Part shown: one piece after another, positions 36,401 to 49,700 of the stretch | How positions within the stretch are numbered: position 1 is the stretch's first letter | Layout: each line of letters opens with the position of its first letter | Assembly: GCA_036172245.1 (NCBI GenBank) | Contig: JAYWIR010000032.1 | Span: 1,116,001 to 1,180,000, forward strand | Origin: Raillietiella orientalis | Lineage: Eukaryota | Length of the DNA: 64,000 bases | Direction of reading: 5' to 3' | Translations under genes and position numbers: made by a program | The notes under the pieces: generated by a model | Databases searched by the model: none | Told to the model about the DNA's origin: nothing | What the model saw: the letters and a program-made list of their open reading frames with translations, nothing else

Positions 36401-39400
36401 GACCGACTTTCCGGGAAAAACTCTAAGCCTCCCGAGTCACGGATGCTGGTGGATCGCGGGGCGCGGGGCGCGTCGCCATCGTCACCGCCTCCGCCCCTGA
36501 GTGCGTCCCTGAGTGACCTCGACGCCGAAAGAAATCCCTTCCAGCTCTTTTGCAATCCTGTCCTTTTCCAGAAAGAGAAGGACCCGTAGCCCATAGCCTT
36601 CGACCTCCTTTGCTCTTTGCTAATGGGCGGTTCGGGAACGCAGCCTTGATAAAGAAACATTGCAGCTCCTGACACCCGCGAGATAAATCCTGCTGGAAAG
36701 ATAACGAAAGTGTGTCGAAACGAGCGAGGTTTCGGGAAATCAAAGGAATAACGTTACCCTGTCGACTGAAAATTCCCTTCCGGGTTCTTCGTCTTGCTAA
36801 GTGTTAATTCACTTCCGTTTTCCTCCGGGACGGTATCGCCCGTCTCGATCTCCAGGAGGAAAAACCACGGAAACATATCGTTCAGTAAATCTTAAATATT
36901 AGATTGTTCTCTCAGGGACGCGAATTCCGAAGGAGACAGCACAGATTGCAGCCCCATTCAGGACCTCTCAAACAAGTTCGGCCTACTGGGGACGGCTTCT
37001 TTATGGAACAGCCTGACTCCGGGGGCCCTCCGCATTCTTTCAGCGGGCAGGGAACTTCCTGAACACCAGCGAGCCCTCCAGAGACCTATGCAAATGATTA
37101 AGCAGACAAAGGACCTTTCCTTTAATTGAGTTTCTGTGTCAGGAGTGCAATCGACCAGTTACTGTTGGTCTCGTGACGCGCTTGCATCACATCTGGGAGA
37201 GCAGACGCCCTCCCGTGCAGAGCGAACGGAATCTCGGCTTCGATCTCTCTCATGAATCCTCTATGGTTTCTTCCTCTTATTTCACTGAATCTTTCCTTTT
37301 CTCTTCTTCTTTTTTTTTTTTTTTTTTGTTGTTGCATTTTATTTCCGCTTTGACTTTTTTTGCGCTTCTTCCATTCTTTTTCTCATATCCCATGCTCTGG
37401 AATGATCCTGGTACGAAGTCGCCAGGAAGCCAGAGAAGACAGCTGCCCATCATCGATGCAGCGCGAGCCTGCCTTGCCTCTGGGAGATGGGTCCTGCCAG
37501 TAGCTTTCACTCTTCGAGAGTCCACAGATGCCGCCAAGGACGATGGTCCGCTCGGAAATGGCACGAGGAGCAGCAGCCTCAGCCGTCGCGCAGGCATTCC
37601 TCCAGACAGTCCTGTTTTCGAGGTTCCCAACGTTGAATCCCTTAGGCATGCTCGTCAGCAGCCGTGAGCCAGCACTCTTGGCTTGCATTCTCAGAAGAGC
37701 GTCCTCCGCCCACTTGAACTGTCCACACTTTCCCGACTTCGTCACCGGCCAGCAACGCTCCCGCGAGCGGCAACGGGAGCAAGGATAGCGTGTCACGGAT
37801 CCCAAGCATGAAAGCAACGCGGTGCACAAAGCACCTAGGCAGCACGTGGTGTGCCAGGGATTCAAAGCAGGAAGACGACATGGCGCGCCACTTGACTGCG
37901 AGGCTGCGCAGTTTTTCGAGATGCTTTAACGTACCAGAAGCAGCAAGGCGGAGTAATGCACAGGAGCTGCAGCGTCCTTTTTCAAACGCAGCGTCCCCGT
38001 GGCAACGATCCCCAGGAACGTATTTCTCTTTCGGGGATTTCTCAGTCGGCTACCCTCTCCCGTTTGCCGAGCAAGAACTGAAAGCTGCCGCAGGAAGCTC
38101 TCGGCTGTTTGTTTGGTAGTCCGCTCGGAAAATCCCGCAGCCCTCGCCAAAAAGCGGGTGGTGGGCAAACCGCGATGGTGACGAGAGAGGTGTGGACCCC
38201 CTTCCCTGCGGATGCCCATTACGGAATCGGATGGAAAGGGGAAGGGGCATCTCCCCCCTCCTTCGTTGGTTCGAGCGCGCGTACATCAAGCCGAACTCTT
38301 CACTTTCCTCGGGTCAATAAACGAATTTATCGTGGCCATCCATTCCGACAATTCGGTCCATTTCATTAACGGGAATCCGCGATTCGAGCCGATTGCGAAG
38401 CACTCGGACGCGCATTACGTCACGAACGCCGGCGACCGAAAGCTCCCGGTCCGAGAAGCGCAGTTCCCGTACCGCCGACACGAGTTTGGCGATCGCGAGC
38501 CATCGGCCGACCCGGGGCACATCGGGGGAAGTGGATGCTCCCCGGAAGTGGAAGTGCTCGGAGCACCGAAACTGAACATCCGTATCGGAATGCCTGCCTC
38601 CCGTTATTTTTTTTTCTTTTTCTTTTTTTTTCCTCCTGGAATCGAAGGAGGAGGGAAGGGGAGGGAGAGGGACCAGGGAGAGGGAGGGAAATCGTTCCCT
38701 CCTGAGCGTTTCCGCGCAGGCGAAAGGTCATGAGCGGCGGGCGGGACGGAAGACCCCGTCGGGACCCGGCTCCCAGGATGAAGGGGGGAATTTTCGCCGG
38801 CAGAGCCTCTGAGCTCCGTTCCGGGAGAGGGGTGGAACATCCGTCGGATCCCGGCGCCTGCTGCAGGCAGCTGATTGGGGGCCCGTCAGGTTTCCTACGA
38901 GGTGGAAGGGTGTGCTCGGCGATCCTTGAGCCAGAGGGCAGACTGAGCCGTCGCCGCCCTCGAGACGCGCGCAGCGAGTCCTGGGGGAGTCTCCGGTTCG
39001 CGGTGCCAACATCAGGAAGACGCCGCCTCTGGATCCCTCGTGGCTCGTGCAGGAACTTGATTCCTCCTCTTCCCCCTGGGCGGGAGCGCTCGCGGGTCGA
39101 CCTTCGGGGCCGCCTTGGGAGCAGCTCCAAGTCATGCGGGGCTACATGGCTGCATGAGAGAGAGAAATGAAGCTGCAACAGCGCAATGCGAGGGAGATTG
39201 CGCGCAGGAGGAGCCGAGGAGTCCCGCCGTTGCTGACCAAGGGATGGGAACTCCGCGGGAAGATGCGTGCCTCCGCAAGAAGAGCACAAAGCTCCTGGTT
39301 CCGCGGAGGAACGGGTCCAGCGTTGCCGAGGCAACCCTGTGCCCTTTCCAGAGGTCGCGGAAGTTCTGCTCAGGCCATGGAGGCCTTCCAGTTGAAGACG

Positions 39401-40622
39401 CGAACGTGAGCGCGCTCCTCCCTCCCCGGGAGCAACAAGGTGAGTCCAGCGACGGGACTTCGGCCCGGGATCCCCCGCTCGTCCCTTTTCCGGTCGATGC
39501 GGAGTGTCCTGCTCTTCCGTGAAGCTGGACTGGGCCGATATCCGGGGTCCTTGCCGCTTGGGTTCGTTGAGACACCCTCGTCGTCTCGCGGCGTGGAACG
39601 GCCTCCTGCAGCATCCCGCGCCACGACACCGGGAAGTCAGCCTAGGCGGACACGGTGAGAACCATGCCAGAAGGAATCGCCGAGCCCCTCGCAGGTGGTC
39701 AGCAGCGGCGAACGTGCGGCTTTGAGCTGCCGTGGACTTGCAGCACCTTGTCAGCGACGGCATCCGGGAGGGGAACAGGAAGGCGCAGGAACCCCCGTGG
39801 CAGCGGACGTCCAGCGGCGGACGCTTCCGAGTTCGCGGAGCCCGCCCGGACGCATCCAGGATTTCCACAGCAACGATCGCGGCGCGAGCTGGCCGTCTCG
39901 GAGTCCGACTCCGTCCAGCATCCATTAAAATACGAGAGTGCGCGCGTAGGTGGACGGTTTCAAGGATGCGGAGGCTGCAGCAGGCGGCCCCCTCTAAGAA
40001 GGCAGTTTCTTGGTTGCGGCACGGGAGGAGGGGGGGAGAACCGCGGAAGAACGCGGGGAGGAAGGAAGGTCGGAGATGAGAAAAAGAGCTCGTAGGAGGA
40101 GGAGGGGGGGGGGGCAATTGCCACAGGCCCCATCTGAGCTGAGTCGAGTCGCCACCTGGCATCCGTCCAGGAGAGCAAGGACCGTTCCTCTTCACGAGGA
40201 GAGCGGATCGGGCAAGACCACTCGCTGGTCGAGCGGTCCTTCCCCCCCCCCCTTCCCCGCCTGCGCGCGCTGACGACCGCCAACAAATCCCGTCGGCAAC
40301 CTCGTAAGGCGGCAGCAGCAACGGATTCTCAAGGAGGGGGGGGGGAGAAATCTCGGAGCCGCTGCTGCTACTGCCGCCGCTGGTCCCGGGGTAGTTGACT
40401 TGGACACTGCCGCACGGGCGAGCACCGTCCGCCAGGAGGCGCTTTTACTTTCGATGATGTTACGCGTGACCTCTCGCAGCTAGCCAACCGCAAGAGGCAC
40501 GAGCGAGGGGGAGGGGGAAGGAGGGGGAGGAGGGGGGGGGAAGGGAAAGAGAAAAGGAAAAAAAAAAAAAAACCCGTCGCTGGAAAAGGTGAGCGCTGGT
40601 GACGCTGTGGAACAGTTAGGCA

Positions 40623-40630
40623 TGACGTCA
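40623..40630. promoter_or_regulatory. CRE palindrome TGACGTCA about 100 bp upstream of the start codon
   Basis: Exact consensus seen; a second copy lies at 41793-41800 in intron 1. Function is inferred from position only. Confidence 0.35.
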
Positions 40631-40726
40631 CACTAGGAAGTGGCGAGAGGATAATGGCTTCTGACATGGCGAAGGAGTCTTTGAGTTTCCAGCCCGAGCG
40701 TGATGCATATCTCGAGGTGATTCGGG

Positions 40727-40769
40727 ATGAGAATTTCGGCGGCCGTGCTACTGGCTCTTCTTCCCTCGG
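40727..40769 (+). CDS. CG9095: exon 1, signal peptide (MRISAAVLLALLPS)
   Basis: ATG, hydrophobic stretch and strong donor G|gtaagt. Phase 1 joins exon 2 to give MRISAAVLLALLPSVFG-CGYPG. Confidence 0.8.
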
Positions 40770-43700
40770 GTAAGTGGTCTCCTCAGGTTCGAATTCCGGA
40801 AGGGAGAGGGGGGAGGGGGGCGACACACACACATACCCCTTCCTCCCTTCCCTCGCCCGCGAATTTCGGGAATCTCTAGCGCGTTCCCGGGAGCCGGCGA
40901 CGCGCGCTGAGACCCCGACGCCGGTACCACTCGCGGAGAGTTCCCCTCCCTCCCTCCGCCCACCCCTTTTTTGTGTGATCTTCCTGCATCTGCCGTTGCT
41001 CGATCGGAGGCCATGACCAGGTGCCCAGGACCCATGCAGTCCCCCACCCCCCTACTCAGGAAAAAATCCCGATGCAGCCGCCGCCGGCGGAAACCACGAG
41101 TACCCCACTAACCCCAGCTGTCAGTGGAGACGACAGCAGGAGATGAACTGTTCGCGAGCAGAGCACCCCATGGTTCGTAGGGAATGATCGGCGTCCGACT
41201 GGGTTCCTGAGAACCCGCGGACCTAGTCACGGATGCCGTGGTAGTCATCGAGAGGGGAAGGCCGGGGAAAATTCGGGAACCCCAGCTCCGCTGGGCAAGC
41301 CAGTGATCCCCTCGGGTCTCGGTCCACCCCTTCTCGAGCAGACGCCGTCTCGTCAACAGTCCTCGAGGAGGCAGCTCAGGGAGCAGCGCGGCGGTCAGCT
41401 AGCATCCCTTCCGGGGCAGGAGAGTCGGGGATGCCCTTTTCCCTACAGCTGGTAAGGGGGGTAGGTCGCGGCTCGTTCCCCTCGAACATGTGGGGCCGCG
41501 CCCACGAATGCGAAGCGGGAGAAGAAAGAAAATCCTGAGCGAGCGCTGGCACCACCCCTGACCGCTGATTCACGAGTAGAGTACGCACGCGAGTGAGAAG
41601 CTCCAATAGCAACGTATCTGCGCACCATACGGGGTGGCGCGAGCATCCGTGGAGAGGGGGGAGAGAGGGGAGCGTGAAGAACGTCCCTCCTCTTCTTGCC
41701 TGCGGACACGTAGCTGCTGGTGCTGTCGCTTTTGCTCTTGGCGCGCGCCCATCCGCGAGGCGCGGCCCGACTGCGGGTTGAAGCGCCCCTCGTGACGTCA
41801 TCACCCTCATCTCGTCGGCCAGGAAGGCGAAAACCGGCGCGACACCCGCGGACGCGAATGAGCATCAGAAGCCGACGGGGCCGCTGCTCCCCGACGGCAA
41901 GGGCAGAGGGTGAGGGGGAAGAGGGAGGAGGAGAACAACCCCGCGACCTTCCAGGGGACCCTCACCGTGGAGACTTTCCGATTTCCGCCCTCGCCCTCCT
42001 TCCGAACTCTGCCCTCCGGCGCAGCCGCGTCTCAGAAGCGCTGCCGCCAGAGGACGCGGCCGCCGGCTCGGAGCCGGAGGCGGAGGAGGAGACGCGATCG
42101 GCGTGCTCTCCACCCGCACTCCCGCCTTCTTAGCCCCCGCATCCTCGTGACCTTTCGCGGAAATTTCAAGCTGACCAGCTAGGCAGCGTCCGTCGCACGC
42201 GCAGAAGACGACGCAGCCATCGCCATCTTTCCGAAGGAAGGAAGAGCATCCTGAACGATAGATGCATCCCTCCTGTGACATGGAGATATTCTTCCTCGTC
42301 TTCCTTCGCGCGTTTCCTGGCAGGGAAAACAAGGGAGACCTGAGTCGGCGAAGCTCTGTCCGGTCAGCTGCTTGCCTCTTTCCTTCCTCCTCCTCTTCCC
42401 CCCGTTTCTCCTCCTCTCAGTGCTGCCAGCGCCAACTTCCACGCTATCCGTCTGTGTTGTGCGCCTCGAATCATCCACTCCTCTTGTTTCCCGCTTCTCA
42501 GCAGCCTTTTTTCCCCAACACCACCTTCCGGTGGGGCCAGAGAGGGTCCGCAACCGCCCCCGCCCCTGACTCTCGGCGGAAAACGGTCCGCTCCCAGCGC
42601 CACCGCCGCAGAGGCGCATTCCGGCTGGGTGCATTGAACTCCCGAGGAATCTCAGCAGAACGCTCGCACGCAAGGGAGCCCCCCCTCCCCCCGGCACATG
42701 AGGGCAGGAGAAAAGGAAAAAAAAAAAAGTGGATGGGTGGGGGTAGGGGATGGAAGAAAAGCAAATGCAAGAAAAGGTCGCGAAAAAGAATTGGCGTGCC
42801 GGAATGCCGTGCATGCGCGAGCAGCCTCTGATAGCCCGTCTCTTCGAAGTTCCAGCAGGAAGTGCCTGGCTCCGGGTGGGCGGATGAGAGGGAAGGGAGA
42901 CTGTACTTAGGGGCTGAGTGGCGTGGAGGGGCAAAAGGAGGATGGAGAGAAGAGGGAACTGCTGCACCCACCGGTCCCGAAACGCCGAGGATGCTCTTGT
43001 GCTGCCCCCGCGGCTTCCATTCGTAGCCGCCGTGGGAAGCCACCGCGAGGTTCCGGGAAGATCCGATCTCACTGCCGGAAGCAGCGGATAATTCCCGAAA
43101 GGGACGCTTCTGGCTTTCGCAAAGGAGGAGTCCGGCCGGTAGGAAGGGATGGGCAGTGAGCAGGCGCGCCGCCAACGGAGCTAGCGGGCAGCAGCATCGA
43201 AGACCCGTCTTCAGCCCGGGAGCGCCAGCCGGGACGAAGTTCCGGCGGAGGGGAGAGAGAGTTCAAGGAGGCGTCGGCGGCGCCGACGGCGAGAGCCTCC
43301 TCCCCCTCGCCTTCCCTTTCCATCCGGAGGAGGCAGATCGAGTGCCCTGGGGCGTTGCGCGCTGCCCATTCGCGCCCAGAGCTCGCGAGACCGTCCCACG
43401 CGAGCCACCAACGCGCGGGGCTCGCACCTTCGCTCCCTCCTCTCCTCGCGGCTGCTGCCTGGACCCTCCTAACGGTCCGCTCCGCTCGGGGGCAGACCAC
43501 CCAACGACTCCCCGACGGAAACCATCGGAAGCTGCTGCACCAACGGTTCGATCACCCTCGGATGGCAATCAGACCATGCGCAAATCATCCGCTTCTGGGT
43601 TCTGCCTCTGGGGGTGAGGAGGAGGAAGAGTAGAAGGGTGGAAAGAAGCAGAGTGGAGGAGAAGGAAGAGCATGGAGAATCCTCCGCTTGCGACTGCGCA

Positions 43701-46700
43701 TCTGCAGGGTAGGTGCAGCAGCCGTTCGGTGAAAGAACGGGGCAAGTCTCCCGCAAGTGAAGATCCAAACGAGGATGGAGACCAGACCGCGAGGGACACG
43801 GTGGCAGGACGAAAGACCTCGGAGGTCGATCGGAGGCCCTGCACGCACGAAGATGAGGTTTCGCTAGCTGCGCGCTCCCCAAAGATCCCGCACGGGATTC
43901 CAGCATCACGAAATGCCCTCCTTTTCCGAGTTCTTCCACTGGCCCGGTATCCCTCGAAAGGAGACCTTTTGCGACCTACCGGCGTGAAGACCAACTGCGC
44001 GGACGCGATTCACGTGTGCTCAGGCAGGGCAAAGGTCACCACCATCCACGGAGAGAGAACGTTTCAGAGTGCTTTCGGAAGGAGGCTCCACGCCTTGACC
44101 CCGGGGCGAATCCGCGGGCAAGCGGTGCGCGCTCGTCCCCAAGTGAGAGTCGCTGCCGGGGGGCTGCCAGCAGTATCCGGGGAGCTGCCATGGGCTGCGG
44201 GCATCGGAGCGCGGAGTCAGGGCGTCCCTGCCACCCACCTGCGACTGCCCCGCTAACCAGCCCCGCGGCGGCAGCTGACCGATCGAGTGAAGGGAGTTCG
44301 GCCGTTTACGAGAAGGGCGAAGCACCCCATCTCTCTCCCTCCTCCACCGTCGCGCACGCTCAGAAGGTGTTCCTGATGGGACCGAAGGCAGCCGTGGCTC
44401 CCGGTGGGAAACCTCGGAAGGGGGAGGAAGGGGGGAGCTGGCGACCAGACTGCGGACGGAGTCGGCGGTGCCGAGGAGAACGCATTAGCACGCGGACAGG
44501 GAGCGCACAGGGAGGAGACGGAAGGGGAGGGGAGGGGTGAGCCCGTGCGGAGGTACCAGTACTCCCGAAAGTGGGAGGGTTTCCTGCCGGAGAGCCTCCT
44601 TAGCGCCGCCCGAAATGCAGTCCTCGGAGTCCAGCGCACGGTGCGCCCAGTCGCGGGCGGCTGCAGCAAGCAGGAGCTCGCAAAGCCGGCGGCGAGCGGA
44701 TCTTCCGCGAGCACGCTTTCAGATGAGGCCTCCCGATTAGATGGTCATCAGGAGAAGCGGGAGAGCGCGGACGGTAGCCGACGCGCGTAGCAACGACCCA
44801 GAGGGCTGGGAGGGTGGAGGAGAGGTTCGTCCCCGCGGGTAGGAAGCTTCCGGCCAGTGTGGAAAAGAGGACCCAGGGGCGCCACCCCCTTCGGGGAGGG
44901 AGGAGATTACAAGGAGGAAATCACGCTGATCCTCCCTTTTGCATCGGGCCAGCGTCTTGCACCAGGGACTGTCGCCCGAGGATGTCCTCTCCGAGATAAA
45001 TCGGAGGAGAGCATTCTTGAGGAAACAGCCGCTGGACCTGCTGCCTTCGAAGAAGTACTGCAGCCCGGGGAACCCGCACCGTGAAGTGCTAAGCGGGATG
45101 GAAAAGCGTTCGCAGTCTCCTGGACCGGAGGTTCGTGTTAGACGGCCGTACCCCGCGGGCTCCCTGGCAGCTCTGGAGCAATGCAACGGCGAGACGGAAA
45201 TAGAATACGACAAAGATATAATTGGATTACAGCAGAGCCAGATAACGACAGAGTGAGACCACGGGGAAGAGGCGATGAGCCTTTTTCCTCCGTTGCCAGA
45301 AGGCAGTGAGAATGGGAGGGGGCGCGAGACTGCGTTTCCTTGAGCGCGTGAAGAGACCCCGCGCGGTGAGACAGGAGGAGTGAGAGCAGAGGAAAAACCT
45401 GGTGGACAGTGGAAGTCCTTGGGCCGTAGGGAAATACTAACTCTTTCGCCAAGTACCCGAGGAAGGGACCAACCAGTACTCTCTGGCTCTTGGAGGGATC
45501 CAGCCGTGGGCAGCCTTGTTCCCACTGGTGGTTCATTCGGTCACCCGCTGCACGCATCTCATGGGAAGGAAATTTCGGAGGAACCCCCTCTCGGGAGCAC
45601 GGTCAGCTGCGGGCGTGAAGGAAGATTCCCGGAATAGCCGATGGAGAAGCTCGAAGGCCAGCGCTCCTGCCACTGGTTGCTACGTCTTCCATTATCCTCA
45701 ACTGCGAGGAAGCGCCACTAGGTGGCAGAGGAAAGGGATTCAAATGGCTCGTTCGAATGGCTGTCACTGATGACCATGGAGACGAAGCATTTTTTTTTTT
45801 TTTTTTTTTTCGAACGAGGCGATGTCTTCCATCGCAATGAGGGAGGGACCGAGGTGCCTTGGGGAGGTGCAGGGGAAGGACGAATTGATCCTCACACTAC
45901 CTGCGACGGCTCAGACCGAAACGGGGAGCAGCGGCGGTTGCCCACGACTACTACGTGCATCCTCTCGACCTGCGCGCCGGCACCTTGACCTAGCTTCGGA
46001 GCGCTCCCGCCATCCGTGTCCTTTTATCAAAAAATCGTCTGGAGCACTAAGAGGTAGAAGGAAGTCAGGTCGGTCGCTCTCGAGACCTACCCAACCGGAG
46101 AAAGGGTCGGACTTCCATTGCTCGTAGGCTGGTCTAGGGGTGTGGAGGAGGCAGGGCCTTGAACTACCTCTGCCTCCCCGCTCGCTTGCCTCCAGGACAA
46201 TCGCACGCGGGTGAGCAGCCCAGAGCGGGAAGCAGCGGCTTCCACGAACCCTCGCGAACCCAAGGGACGAAAAGATGGGGAGGGGGGGGAGGGAGGGGGA
46301 ACGCGAACCGCTGCTTCCGGGGAAAAGATGCGGAGGCTGGGCGCAAGTCTCCGGAAAGCGGGTCGGATCCCAACTCGGTCCGTGGTTTTCCTCTTCTCTG
46401 AGACGCAGCGGCCGCAGAGGCGACGTCTTGAGGTTTCCTGCGCGGCAGACAGCAGACGCGGATCGCGGTGATTCGCGCCGCCTTCCTCCGCTTCGGCAGC
46501 GGAGCGAACAGCTCCGTTACGTTGGCAACCAGTTGCGCAGGCGCGTTTGTCGGCCTCTGCGCGCGGCAACAGTGAATGCTGACGGGTCTATTGTTGCCGC
46601 GTTCGCCCGACGGGAATGGCGGAGTTCCCCATTGTTGTCTCGGACGAGTAGCGAGCGAACGGCCTGCAGGCCCGCGACGAGCGACGCAGCTCCATTGCCT

Positions 46701-49700
46701 AGGAGACCGTTAGCTGCTTACGGTCTCGTTCCATGCCGCTAGCGCGTATCGCGAGGTCCGGACCGGAATAAACAAAAAAAAGAAAAAAAAAAGCACACAA
46801 AAGATTTTCTGGCGCGGATTTCCTAATCGAGCGCTTCATCCCCATTGGGATGCTCCGTGCTATAATGTAAATCTGCTGCGTCCTTCCACGAGAAGGCCTA
46901 CAGTGATTCTTTGTAAAATAATGAAGATGCTTCTGATGTTTCGCCACAAAGAGATTGAGGAGTTTTTCTTTGTTTTTTTTCCATTGAGTTTTCGGATGCG
47001 GCTATCCAGGATCACCGATCAACTGCAGAATCGAATTTTCCACGGAAGAAATTATCCCGGGAACCGTGGCAACCTACATCTGTGATAGAGGATTCGAACT
47101 TTTGGGACCAAACGTGAGAATCTGCAACGAAAACGGCACATGGAACCCGGCGGGTGTTCCCTTTTGTGGTAAGTCTGATGCGAAGGCTGTGCCGCGGTCG
47201 CCAGGCTCCGAATCCAACCCCGGGTTCTCCTCTTGAGAAGCCTCTAGCGCAACCTCTTCAAGGGCTCCGCCCGCTCCCCCTCCCGGAAACCCTCGAAACA
47301 GGGGGATGATCCCAGCAGCGGGGCCGGCGGCCCTTCTCGCGAGAGGGGAGCTCGGAGCGGCGAAAGCCGGGATCTCGGGACTTCGGGCTCCCTCTTGCAC
47401 TCCGTACCGCTTCCTCCCGCGAGGGAAAAGCGAGGGCGCGGTCGCGCGTTTGTGAAGGTCTCCCTTCCTTCCAGTGCTCAACGTGGCAGCAGGGAAGGCT
47501 TCCATGCAGTCGTCAACGGCCAACAACGGCGCAGCTTCCAAATCGATAGACGGAAGCACCAGCTCGGTTTATGCTCCGAACACGTGCTCCCTGACAGAGC
47601 TTCAGTCCAAACCCTGGTGGTACGTCAACCTCCTGGAACCTTACATGATCAAGCTGGTTCGCATCGACTTCGGGACCCCATGCTGCGACAGTAGGTTGCC
47701 TCCTCTCGGCCAGCTGATCCAGGGGGACTTCCAGATGGGAAAATGGCGTCCATTGTCGTGAGAATCGGGAACAACAGACCAGATCTTTCCAACAATCCCA
47801 TATGCAATAGGTTCCATGGGTCCCTCCAAGTAGGTAGGCCCCTGTACTTTCCGTGCAGCCCCTTTATGCAAGGAGCGTTTGTGAGTGTGCACTTCGAGAA
47901 CCCGGAGTACTTTTCGTTATCCCTGTGCGAAGTGTTTGTTTACACGGACAAAGTAAGGGTTCAAGGGAATCGTTCAGCGGTGTAGGTTGTCCCGATTCAG
48001 GCTCTGCCGATCGAAAGCTGCCCCACTTTCCGCGACCAGCCCCCTGGAAGCACTGCCACTTACAGGGGGAAATGCTACACCTTTTACAACCAGCAGCCTC
48101 TGCCCTTCGTCGAAGCTCTGGAGTTTTGCTCTCAGAGGGGAGGTTCACTGATAGACGAGACGAATCCGGCGCTCCAGGGATTCCTGAGCTGGGAGCTATG
48201 GAGGAAGCACAAGTGAGTGGGGAGGCGTGGAAGGATGGTGGATGCGGAGCCTGCCGGACTTTTCGACAGGCGGCGCATCTCTCGCGGGCGCGCGCTCTTC
48301 CCCGATTGCGGAAGCGCCCGACTGCGCGGGCCGCTCTTCGGCGGCGGAAAACGGGGATGCAGCCCGTGCGGGGCGAAAGTTCCGATCGGTAGAAAGTCTT
48401 TCTCTTCCGAGAGGTACCCTTCCCTGTTCCATGCGAATCACAGCATCTTCCCGAGGCCGTCCAACGTGAGCTTCCCTGTGGCCGAAAGAGCTCGTTCCTC
48501 CCATCAATCCCGCAATGGGATCATTAACATTCCGTCAGCACGTAAGACGCAATCGGGAGGTGTGGGCGCAGGTGCAAAAGTCCGAAGGATCGAAATCCCG
48601 AGCGATCCTAAACATATGCTCGTCACATATATTAACACATGCTTATATTCATATACGTTTGCATACACATTAATAGAAGCATTATTAAAAATGGATATAC
48701 GTGCTAATTAGGCATTTATATATAGATTATTACACAAATTTAATTTAACATACATATTTATTAATATTTATTTACACGCATACTATTAGGATAATATGTT
48801 CGTTATGCAAATTCGTATATAGATTAAAATATAGGTAAATATGTAGTGTGAAAATTACAAAAAATTCATACGTATATGTTTATTAGATATATTAACATAC
48901 GTCTTGATATTATATATATATATTCCATTATTTTTAATCGTCAATTCAATAGCCAGTATTCATTGTGAATGTTCATACATATATATATACATATATTAAA
49001 TGAATTTATGAAATATCGAATTTAAAAAAAGTAAAAAACAGTGGTGACAATTGAGAATAGTGGGGGAAGGTAAAAACGAAAACAAAATTAAAAAAAAGCA
49101 AAAAACGAACTTGGCATTTCCTTTCCTGACTTTTCCAAGCGTTCCCAATAAACGAAACTTCCGCAGGAAACAACGAGTTCCGTGTCCAGGATGTGGATCG
49201 TTCGGTAAATACATATGTTTACAATTCCATATTTAGATATCCAGTCCATATATCTTTATTATGAATGCATCCGTTTATATAGTGAACATATGCATCGACT
49301 CTATGCAATCTCTACTATGGGCATATTAATGATATATTTTAATACGTATTGTTAATCCCGTCAATAATGTGCATAGTGAAATGCATTTATTGCATGCAAA
49401 TCAGTATGCATCATAGGCACATGTATACATATAATCTTCAGAACATGTATATGTTAATTTATACATCAACATGCACATTAATATCTGTATTAATTTTTAT
49501 AATCCTTAAAATATTTATCTATATGTAAGTATATATAATAAACGTGTAAGTTATAAGGTGCATGTTAATGAGCATTAATAAATATGGATGTTAAAATAAA
49601 GTTGCATAATAATCTGTATATAAATATGTATAGCAACATACATAATAGGCATATGTATTTATTTTGATAATCTCTTTGTAATGTATATTAATTCATACAT

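Noticed and set aside
36700..38400. Lower-GC block that might hide a second gene
   Set aside because: I could not assemble consistent splice sites or a recognisable peptide on either strand.
38415..38579. MFSFGAPSTSTSG, resembling an FG-nucleoporin N-terminus (minus strand)
   Set aside because: No good donor site follows, no further FG repeats, and the frame stops after about 54 codons.
38420..40321. 633-aa minus-strand ORF and other long ORFs in the track (e.g. 3606-4583, 61958-63394)
   Set aside because: R/P/G/S/A-rich with no domain motifs; expected by chance in GC-rich DNA. Some overlap decayed TEs.
43700..43800. LDL...CPVLSPNGCCTY, resembling a retroviral Env TM motif (minus strand)
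   Set aside because: Cysteine spacing and context are wrong, with no heptad repeat or TM helix; likely chance.
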